Shown: in pieces, positions 19,771 through 28,100 of the stretch
Layout: the number at the start of each line of letters is the position of its first letter
How positions within the stretch are numbered: position 1 is the first letter of the stretch
DNA from: Verrucomicrobiales bacterium
GTDB lineage: Bacteria; Verrucomicrobiota; Verrucomicrobiia; Verrucomicrobiales; DEV007
DNA: 37,345 bases
Assembly (NCBI GenBank): GCA_047620505.1
Contig: JBLHKS010000051.1
Span: forward strand, 1-37,345
Reading direction: 5' to 3'
Position numbers and translations under genes: made by a program
Notes under the pieces: generated by a model
Databases searched by the model: none
Told to the model about the DNA's origin: nothing
The model's input: only the letters and a program-made list of their open reading frames with translations

Positions 19771-20436
19771 GTGACGTTCATCGCCGAAGAGAACCAGATT
19801 CATATCGACATTCCGGATTCAGTTCGGACTCTCGCTTCATTCCGCAATTGGGCGCGTTCGAGCGATTTCCCGGCTGAAGGAAGGATCTGTTATCTCGGAC
19901 AAGTCTGGATCGATATGAGCAAGGAGCAGCTGTTTTCGCACAATGGAATTAAGACGGAGTTCGGAGCGGTTTTGCACACTCAATCAAAAAACGAACGAAG
20001 CGGTCGCTATTTTTGCGACGGAGCCCGGCTTAGCAACGCCGTCGCCGACCTCTCTGCGGTTCCAGATGGAATGTTCGTCTCCTGGCAGACGCTTGAAGCC
20101 GGCGGCGTTCAGCTGATCGAGGGTGCCGGGAGTGGATTTGTTGAGTTGGAAGGTTCGCCTGACATGACGCTTGAAGCGGTGAGCGACAGCAGCGTGGAAA
20201 AAGACGCCGTCGAGCTGCGCGATCTCTACTGGAAGGCCGGCGTCACTGAATATTGGTTGATCGACGCCCGCGATCAGCCGCCCCAATTCACGATTCTTCG
20301 TTGGGAACCGGACGGCTACGTCGCTGTTGAGCCTACGGACGGCTGGCGACGTTCCGATGTGTTTGCCAAGGAATTCAAATTGGATCAAACCGATGATCCT
20401 GGCGGAAACCCGGAATTTCGGCTCGAATCGCGCTGA
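19771..20436 (+). CDS. Uma2-family (DUF820) putative endonuclease.
   Basis: 221 aa with a GTG start. The C-terminal core AVELRDLYWKAGVTEYWLIDARD matches the Uma2 EYW(L/I)(I/V)D motif. Confidence 0.65.
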   Translation: MTFIAEENQIHIDIPDSVRTLASFRNWARSSDFPAEGRICYLGQVWIDMSKEQLFSHNGIKTEFGAVLHTQSKNERSGRYFCDGARLSNAVADLSAVPDGMFVSWQTLEAGGVQLIEGAGSGFVELEGSPDMTLEAVSDSSVEKDAVELRDLYWKAGVTEYWLIDARDQPPQFTILRWEPDGYVAVEPTDGWRRSDVFAKEFKLDQTDDPGGNPEFRLESR

Positions 20437-20469
20437 TCCGAACGATCAGCCCGCTCGTAGTCCCTCAAA

Positions 20470-21720
20470 ATGACCCAACACGACGCTATAATCATTGGAG
20501 CCGGCCCGGCTGGTTCGACAGCTGCTGCTCTGCTCGCCGAAAAGGGCCGATCGGTCCTACTTATCGAAAAAGACAAACATCCGCGTTACCATATCGGCGA
20601 ATCGCTCATGCCGTTTTGCTGGTTCACCCTTGAGCGGCTTGGATTAACCGAAAAGATGGATGAACTGGGTTTCGTCAAAAAGTTCTCGGTGCAATTCGTG
20701 ACCCAGGACGGCAAGCAGTCTCGGCCGTTCTACTTTTTTCAGCACTACGATCATCCCTCTTCGACGACTTGGCAGGTTGAGCGTGCGGCGTTTGATAATA
20801 TGATTTTTGAGAAAGCCGTCGCCAACGGTGCCGAGACTCTCGAGGAAACCAGGGTGCTCGACGTCATTAAGGACGAGTCCGGAGCAGTGGTCGGAGTCCG
20901 GGCCAAGGGACCCGACGGCGAGGAACGTGAGCACCGCGCGAAGGTTACGATCGACTGCACGGGCCGCGATGCGCTGGTCAGCCGAAAGCAGAAATGGCAG
21001 CGCCGCGATCCGGAGCTAAGCAAGATCGCGATCTGGACTTATTATGAGGGCGCTAAGCGCGATGAGGGTCTCGACGAAGGCTCCACGACGGTGGCCTACA
21101 TTCCGGAGCGTGGCTGGTTTTGGTACATTCCGCTTCAGGACGACAGGGTCAGCGTCGGCGTCGTCGCTGACCGTGATTATCTTTACCGCGATGGTGTCCG
21201 CGATCTGGAAACGATCTTCAATCGCGAGATCGACGAAAATGTCTGGATTCAGGAGCACCTCGCGCCGGGGAAACGCGTCGATGACTTCACTCCGACCGGA
21301 GAATTCTCCTACCGCAGCGAATTTTGTGCGGCTGACGGCTGCATTCTTGCGGGCGATGCTTTCGCATTTCTCGATCCGGTTTTCAGCTCCGGCGTTTTTC
21401 TCGCACTCAAAACCGGCGAGTTGGCCGCCGATGCCGTCGATCGGGCAATCGAGGTTAACGACTTTAGCGCTGCTCAGTTCGAGAGTTACGGCGCGGCAAC
21501 TTGCGAGGCGATCGAGCGGATGCGCGCCCTCGTCTACGCGTTCTACGATCAGGATTTCTCCTTCGGCAAACTCATCAAAAGGAATCCCGATCTCCGTCCG
21601 AGTTTGACCGATTGCCTCATCGGAGATCTTTACGAAGACAAATTTGGCCCGCTCTTCGACGCCGTCGCCGAAATCGCTGAGACTCCGCCACGGCTCGACT
21701 ACGGAATGAAAGTCGCTTAG
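20470..21720 (+). CDS. FAD-dependent oxidoreductase of the flavin-dependent halogenase family (tryptophan-halogenase-like).
   Basis: 416 aa. It has N-terminal GxGxxG (IIIGAGPAGSTAA), HIGESL, the halogenase signature WxWxIP (GWFWYIPL) and a second flavin motif AFLDPVFSSG. Confidence 0.65.
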   Translation: MTQHDAIIIGAGPAGSTAAALLAEKGRSVLLIEKDKHPRYHIGESLMPFCWFTLERLGLTEKMDELGFVKKFSVQFVTQDGKQSRPFYFFQHYDHPSSTTWQVERAAFDNMIFEKAVANGAETLEETRVLDVIKDESGAVVGVRAKGPDGEEREHRAKVTIDCTGRDALVSRKQKWQRRDPELSKIAIWTYYEGAKRDEGLDEGSTTVAYIPERGWFWYIPLQDDRVSVGVVADRDYLYRDGVRDLETIFNREIDENVWIQEHLAPGKRVDDFTPTGEFSYRSEFCAADGCILAGDAFAFLDPVFSSGVFLALKTGELAADAVDRAIEVNDFSAAQFESYGAATCEAIERMRALVYAFYDQDFSFGKLIKRNPDLRPSLTDCLIGDLYEDKFGPLFDAVAEIAETPPRLDYGMKVA

Positions 21721-21809
21721 TTCGCCGCGCGCCAAGTGACTTTCCCGAACTCCAGACTTGTCGCTAGCTGAATTTCTGAGATGTTCGATGCCGGAAACCC
21801 GATTTTCAG

Positions 21810-22796
21810 ATGAAACGAAACTCTCCTTTATTGATAACTGCGGCGCTTCTCAGCGTTAGCGCCCTGATGATGTCGAGCTGCATTCAGTTCGAAGAAAAAG
21901 TCATCCTCAACCCGGACAACTCTGGCAAAACTCGAGTCACTCTCATCATGCCGAACCCTGCGGAGATGATGGGAGCCATGATGGAAGGTCTGGCACCAGA
22001 CGGTGCTGCCGCTGCTGAAGGCATGCCCTCGATCGACGATATGGCGAAAGACATGGCCCAGGGGATCTTGGGTGGAGCCAAAGGCGTGGAAGCTTGGCGC
22101 AATGTCGAGTGGGGTGCGACTGAGGACGGGAAAATGCGGTTTCAGGGAGTTGCCTACTTTCGGGATTTCAATGAATTCGAGGCTTCCAGTGACGACGGCG
22201 GCGCAGGACCGGACCTCGGATCGCCGACTTCCACAATGCGGGACGGCAAGTGGGTGATCGCGATCGAAATGAAAGATGACGGCGAACCGGATGATCCTGC
22301 GGCGGCCCCTCAGATCCCTGCTGATCAGATCGACACAATTATTGCCCAGAGTCGTGCCCAATGGGAGCAGCAAAAGCCCGTCATGGGGCCGATGATTGGA
22401 TCGATGCGGATGGAATATCGATTGAAAGTCGGCGGGACAATCGAGTCGGTTTCTGCTTTCACTCAACACGAGCCGAATGTCGCGGGAATCGTGATGGACG
22501 GACAGAAAATGATCGGCGCGATGGACGGGCTGATCGGCGATGATGACGCGATGCGGAAGCTCATGACTGAAGGCAGTTTCGATGCTCAGGGAATGCCGGA
22601 GCCGCCGGACGATCAGATGATGGAGCTGGTTTTCGGATCGCCGGGACCGCTCGAAATTATTATCGAGCCAGGTGACCCGCTCTTCGATTATGAGGCCGAA
22701 GTCGCTGCGGCAAAAGCCTCGATGACGGACGAACTCAAGGGAATGATCGAGGCTGGACAGGCAGCAGCTGCTGCTGGAGATGGCGACCCGTTCTGA
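21810..22796 (+). CDS. Methionine-rich acidic lipoprotein. It may bind Cu(I) or another metal.
   Basis: 328 aa. It has a signal peptide with lipobox LMMSSC and clustered Met motifs (MMGAMMEG, MGPMIGSMRM, MIGAMDG, DDQMME). Confidence 0.55.
   Translation: MKRNSPLLITAALLSVSALMMSSCIQFEEKVILNPDNSGKTRVTLIMPNPAEMMGAMMEGLAPDGAAAAEGMPSIDDMAKDMAQGILGGAKGVEAWRNVEWGATEDGKMRFQGVAYFRDFNEFEASSDDGGAGPDLGSPTSTMRDGKWVIAIEMKDDGEPDDPAAAPQIPADQIDTIIAQSRAQWEQQKPVMGPMIGSMRMEYRLKVGGTIESVSAFTQHEPNVAGIVMDGQKMIGAMDGLIGDDDAMRKLMTEGSFDAQGMPEPPDDQMMELVFGSPGPLEIIIEPGDPLFDYEAEVAAAKASMTDELKGMIEAGQAAAAAGDGDPF
22762..22773. repeat. Exact copy of the palindrome CAGCAGCTGCTG.
   Basis: Lies inside the Met-rich lipoprotein gene (QAAAAAG). 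Confidence 0.9.
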
Positions 22797-22880
22797 TTTC
22801 GCTCTCTGAATTTTCCTTCAAGCCGTGCTCGAAATTTCGGGCGCGGCTTTCTTTTTGCCTGAACGCGTCGAAATTCGACC

Positions 22881-23684
22881 ATGCCCAACACATCTGAGAT
22901 CTCAAACATGGCGGTGTTCTGCGATTTCGAGAACATCGCTCTCGGCGTGAACGAGGTAGGGTTCTCCAAGTTTCAGATCGACAAAGTCCTCGAGCGATTG
23001 CTCGTGAAAGGCAACATCGTCGTCAAAAAGGCTTACTGCGATTGGTCAAGATACGAATCCTTCAAACGCTCGATGCACGAGGCCGCTTTCGAGCTAATCG
23101 ACATCCCGCACGTTCGGCAAAGCGGAAAAAACTCGGCCGATATCCGCATGGTTGTCGATGCACTCGACCTCTGCTACACCAAAGCTCATGTTGACGCCTT
23201 CGTTGTTGTCAGCGGCGATTCGGACTTCTCTCCGCTGGTCAGTAAACTTCGTGAGAACAACAAAGTCGTTATCGGAGTCGGCGTGAAACACTCCACCTCG
23301 GACCTGTTGGTTGCGAATTGCGACGAGTTCATTTTCTACGATGAATTGGTCGAGAAAAAGCCTCGTCGAGCCGCAAAGAAGGCTGGCAAACCGACCACGA
23401 AAAAGTCTGCCAGAACCAAATCAGCTGAAAACATCGACGACGACGGAATCGAGCTCGTCGTGTCGACGATCGACAGTCTGATCGATGAAATCGGCGGTCG
23501 GAGTTCGCTCTGGGGCTCGATGGTCAAGCAGGCGATCAAACGTCAGCGTCCCGGCTTCAACGAACGCGCTCACGGCTTCAAGTCCTTCAACGCGATGCTC
23601 GAAGTCGCGCGAGATCGCGGCCTGATCGCGCTTAGCCCAGACGAAAAATCTGGCGGCTACGTGATCGAAACGGCGGGTGATTGA
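22881..23684 (+). CDS. NYN-domain ribonuclease-like protein with a C-terminal OST-HTH/LOTUS domain.
   Basis: 267 aa. The NYN core is AVFCDFENI...KKAYCDW...NSADIRMVVDALDL...VVVSGDSDFSPLVSKLRENNKVVIGVG. The OST-HTH-like C-terminus is LVVSTIDSLIDEIGGRSSLWGSMVKQAIKRQRPGFNERAHGFKSFNAMLEVARDRGLIAL. The start may instead be the internal Met at 22908. Confidence 0.75.
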   Translation: MPNTSEISNMAVFCDFENIALGVNEVGFSKFQIDKVLERLLVKGNIVVKKAYCDWSRYESFKRSMHEAAFELIDIPHVRQSGKNSADIRMVVDALDLCYTKAHVDAFVVVSGDSDFSPLVSKLRENNKVVIGVGVKHSTSDLLVANCDEFIFYDELVEKKPRRAAKKAGKPTTKKSARTKSAENIDDDGIELVVSTIDSLIDEIGGRSSLWGSMVKQAIKRQRPGFNERAHGFKSFNAMLEVARDRGLIALSPDEKSGGYVIETAGD

Positions 23685-23689
23685 CCATC

Positions 23690-25150
23690 TCAGGTTCCGC
23701 AAAAAGTCGCCTCCACAATCTCGCCGGCGCTTGGAGCGGCCTCGAATTCGGCAAACTCGCTTTTCTCCGCAAACGGCTCCTTCAGGACTTCGTTCAGCCT
23801 GTGAAACAGCTCGAAATCTCCCTGGTTCCCGGTGCGGATCGCTTCCTCAATTTGATGATTGCGCGGAATGAACACCGGATTCGACCGCCGCATCAACGCA
23901 AGCGCCTCGTCTTGATCACTGCCCGCCATCCGCGCTCGCCATCGCTCCAACCAAGCAACAATCGCTTCCGGCTGATTGAACAGTTTGATCACTTCCGCGT
24001 CTTCAGAACTTCCGTGAGCGCTCGTTAGATGTCGAAAAACCAAAGTGAAATCGGCCTCGCCTTCAGCCATCGCTTTGAGCAGAGACTCCACGAGTTGCCA
24101 GTCGTCTTTTTCATCGCCCTTCAATCCGATCTTCGCCGTTAGTCGTTCTCGGAGCGCGCTTTGGTGCAGATCGGGAAACCGCTCAAGCTCGGCCTCTGCA
24201 ATTGCTACGGATCGATCCGGATTGTCGTCCAGCAACGGAAGCAGGGTCTCCGCAAGCCGCGTCAGGTTCCATTGAGCGATTGGTCCCTGATTCGCAAAAG
24301 CATAACGCCCATTCTGATCGATTGAGCTGAATTTTTTCGCAGGATCGTAGTCATCGAGGAAAGCACACGGCCCGAAGTCGATCGTCTCGCCTGAGACGTT
24401 CATGTTGTCCGTGTTCATCACTCCATGGATGAAACCGAACTGCATCCAGTGGGCAATCAGGTCGGCCTGACGACCAATCACGCCGCTTAGCAGAGCTTGG
24501 TAAGAGTTCTCGGCTTCCCTCGCGTCGGGAAAATGACGGTCGATCACGTAATCGGCGAGAATTCGGAGATTCTCTTTGTCATCCCGAGCTGCAAACCATT
24601 GAAAAGTCCCAATTCGAATGTGAGAACGCGCGACCCGGGTGAAAATTCCGCCAGGCTGCATTCCCTCACGCGCGACGTGCTCTCCGCTCGTCACAGCCGC
24701 CAGCGCCCGAGTCGTCGGAACCCCAAGAGCTGCCATCGCTTCAGAAACGATATACTCGCGCAAAACGGGCCCTAACGCGGATCTTCCGTCGCCTCTCCGT
24801 GAAAACGGAGTCGGCCCCGAGCCCTTCAACTGGATGTCATACCGGACGCCATCTTTTCCTATGACCTCGCCAAGCAGAATCGCCCGACCGTCTCCCAATT
24901 GGGGCGAGAAGCCGCCAAACTGATGTCCCGAGTAAGCCATCGCCAATGGATCAGAACCTTCGGGTGTCTGATTTCCTGAAAGCGCCGCGAGACCTTCCAG
25001 CGATTCCAGCTTCTCCGCGTCTAGTCCAAGCTCTGCGGCCAGCGAATGATTAACCCGAATGATTGTCGGATTCGTGACGGGAGTTGGTTGGACCGGAGCA
25101 TAAAAAGCCTCCGGAAGCCGAGCATAACTGTTATCGAATGGAAAGAGCAC
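23690..25150 (-). CDS. selO: Protein adenylyltransferase (AMPylase) SelO/YdiU, UPF0061 family.
   Basis: 486 aa with a GTG start. It has the N-terminal FDNSYARLPEAFY and the kinase-like core GHQFGGFSPQLGDGRAILLGE...QLKGSGPTPFSRRGDGRSALGPVLREYIVSEAM. Its start codon directly abuts the stop of the upstream giant gene (25150/25151). Confidence 0.9.
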   Translation of the reverse strand: MLFPFDNSYARLPEAFYAPVQPTPVTNPTIIRVNHSLAAELGLDAEKLESLEGLAALSGNQTPEGSDPLAMAYSGHQFGGFSPQLGDGRAILLGEVIGKDGVRYDIQLKGSGPTPFSRRGDGRSALGPVLREYIVSEAMAALGVPTTRALAAVTSGEHVAREGMQPGGIFTRVARSHIRIGTFQWFAARDDKENLRILADYVIDRHFPDAREAENSYQALLSGVIGRQADLIAHWMQFGFIHGVMNTDNMNVSGETIDFGPCAFLDDYDPAKKFSSIDQNGRYAFANQGPIAQWNLTRLAETLLPLLDDNPDRSVAIAEAELERFPDLHQSALRERLTAKIGLKGDEKDDWQLVESLLKAMAEGEADFTLVFRHLTSAHGSSEDAEVIKLFNQPEAIVAWLERWRARMAGSDQDEALALMRRSNPVFIPRNHQIEEAIRTGNQGDFELFHRLNEVLKEPFAEKSEFAEFEAAPSAGEIVEATFCGT

Positions 25151-28100
25151 TCAGTCTCCTTGCCTGACTTCGCCTTCGATATCCACTGGTAATTTATCCG
25201 CGCCCTTAGCTTTCTTAATCTTAATCTTCTTTTTCTTCGGCGCGCCAGCAGCTGCTGACTTCGATTTGGACGCTTCCTGAACGGGAACGACCTTGATTTC
25301 CACTTCCACTGGCACAGCGCGAAGTCCGGAAATCACCTTTTCCAGCTTTGCGACGGTCTCGTCTGTCAGCCCAGTCGATTGCAAGGATTCGCCGATCCGG
25401 CTCAAACCGTCGTTGAATTCGCTCAGCTGAGCTACCACGCGCGTTACCGGGTCGGACTCGTCGCCACCCGCCAGCAGTTGGTTTTTGTTGAATGCCTTGT
25501 GGATTTCCGCCCATCGAGTCGCCTCGGTGTCGGTCAAAATCCCTTCAAGCTCCTTGAATTTGAGTAGATTCGCTTCAGCGCCCGTAGTGAGCGTCTGACT
25601 CTCGTTTTCGTAGTGCGATACGATGAGATTCTCGACTTCCTCGTCCGTCATGATCGCCAATACTTTTTCAGCGATCCGGCTCATGTTACGATAACTGCCT
25701 TGTAGCTTGAACGAAGGCTCCGTTCGATACGCGTCTTCCATCGCGGCAGAGCGAATGTATTCCAGATTCACGCGTAGAATCGTATCGCGAACACGCATCA
25801 ATTTTTTGGTCACCGAAACAAGCTCGTCGATCTCTTCTACCGAATAGTTGCCTTCAAAATCCGCGCCTTCCTGTGATCCCGTCTCCGCGATCTTCATCAC
25901 CGCATAAATATCTTTTTGGCTTCGGCTTGAGAGCTTGCTCAGCACCGAATTACTGGTTAGCGAGTTCTCAATATAACTATCTTTGAACGAACCTTCGTTC
26001 TCTCCAATAATATCGCCAAGATTGTAGGTATCGGCGCGGTTGGCGAGCATATCAGGAATCTGGAATCGCCCGCCGCTCTCGGTATAAGGGTTGCCAGCCA
26101 TCACCACTGCGACTTTCTTCCCGCGCAGATCGTAAGTTCTGGCTTTGCCTTCCCAGACGCCCTCAATTTTGCGTTGAGCGTCGCAGAGCGAAATGAATTT
26201 CTGAAGAAACTCAGGATTGCAGTGCTGAATGTCGTCAACGTAGATCATTACGTTGTCGCCCATTTCTAAGGCGAAGTTCAACTTGTTGACTTCGGCGCGC
26301 GCGCTGGCGTTTGGCGCTTCTGTCGGGTCAAGCGAGGTGACTTGATGGCCAATCGCTGGCCCGTTGATTTTCACGAACGTGATCCCCAATCGGTTGGCCA
26401 CGTATTCCATCAGTGTGGTTTTGCCGTAGCCTGGCGGGGAAACGAGCAACAGCATGCCCATTCGATCGGTTCGCGTATCGGCTCCAGCGGTTCCGAGCTG
26501 TTTGGCCAGATTGTCGCCGATCATCGGAAGGTAAACTTCGTCGAGCAACCGGTTGCGCACGAAGGCGCTCATAACAGTTGGTTTAAACTCGTCCAACCTC
26601 ATTGACTCACGCGCCTCATCGATCAGGCGAGATTTCAATTCATGGTAGGCTTCAAAGCGAGGAACAACCTCCGATTCGAAATTACTCAAACGAGTCAGAA
26701 ATTCGTTGTAGTCCAACAAATATCCGCCTCCAGCAATTCGCGAATGATCGCCCAGTAAACCATCCAGCTCCGCGCGGGTCGCCGCATCGACGACTTCGCG
26801 TTGCTCGAATCCACCACGCATTTCGTGCGCCGCCGCCTCAACCACGACGTCTTCCGTGACGTCGCCACCAGCGCTTCCTCGCATCCAGTCGGAAGTCACC
26901 TGGAAACGCCCAGCCGCGTCGTCTTCGAGTTCGCTTACAGCCTCCTGAAATTTCGACTTTGACCGCGTTGAAGCGAGTTTCCCGTGAAACTCCTTCACCA
27001 CACGTGCAGCCTCTGCGGAAACGACCACGCCACCTTCTGACGAAAGCTCATCCACCAGATAATCGGCTGCTCCGGACTTATGGCGCGCGTCAAATAGCCC
27101 AGTCTGCTCAAGAAATACACCAAGATGCTCCGCCAACTCTTCTTCGTAATCAGCATCGAGGTTCCCGCCGGCGCCTCCAAAAGCATCGCGCATTTGGCCG
27201 AACGATTTCAGTTTGGCGGCAAGCCGCTGCTTTTCGGCTCCCTCAAACCATTCCCAAAACACGAGACCGCACGCCCGCGAGGTCATTGAATGCCTTAGAC
27301 GCCCGGCCCTTTGATGAATCGGGAGTAACGCACTCAAGAGTCGCTCGGTATCGTGGTCGTTGACTCCTTTGACGTAGCCCTCAGCGTAGCGAGATGACAT
27401 GAACTCTTGAATCATTTCGATCGAAACCGCCTCGCTATCAGCATAACGTTTTTCACTGAGCATCTGAAAGGCGAGATACTCAGACCGGTATACATTTTGA
27501 TTTTCGGAAATGATTTCCTGATCCCAAACGGAGCGAGTTTGTAGAAACTCTGGGTCAACGATCGTTTCATAAAAGGCAGTGCCTGCCAGATGAAACGCCA
27601 TTTCGCCGTCCCGCGGAATTACAGTGAGATCGAGTTCGCGTGTATTGACTGAGAACTGGTGATTTCCTAAGCGAATGACATCTTTGCCGCCGATGAACAG
27701 TTCCTTGCGATCTTTGAGCTGCCGCACCGCGTCCTCTCGCATCGTCTTCAGACGCGTCTGGACATCGCCCGATTTGACGGTGTCGCCCAACTCCGTGAGA
27801 TTTTCGACAATGTCACGAACCTTGTCGACCATCAGGTCGCTGGCAAAGTAGCTGTTGATCTCGGCGATCTCTTCAAACCCGGACACGCGCCGCACAATAC
27901 CGCCTAAAATCCGGTCGGCGGACTTTAGCAAAGTGTCGGCTCGCTTGTTTCGAGACTCCAGCAGCTGCTGCTTGCGGCTTTCGAACGCGCCGTAAATTTC
28001 TTCCCGTTTTTCGCCGAGCTGAGCGACGTAATCATCAAACTCGCTGAATTTACCTTCCAGCTCTTCGATCTGCACCATTAGGCGCGTAAGCTGTTCGTCG

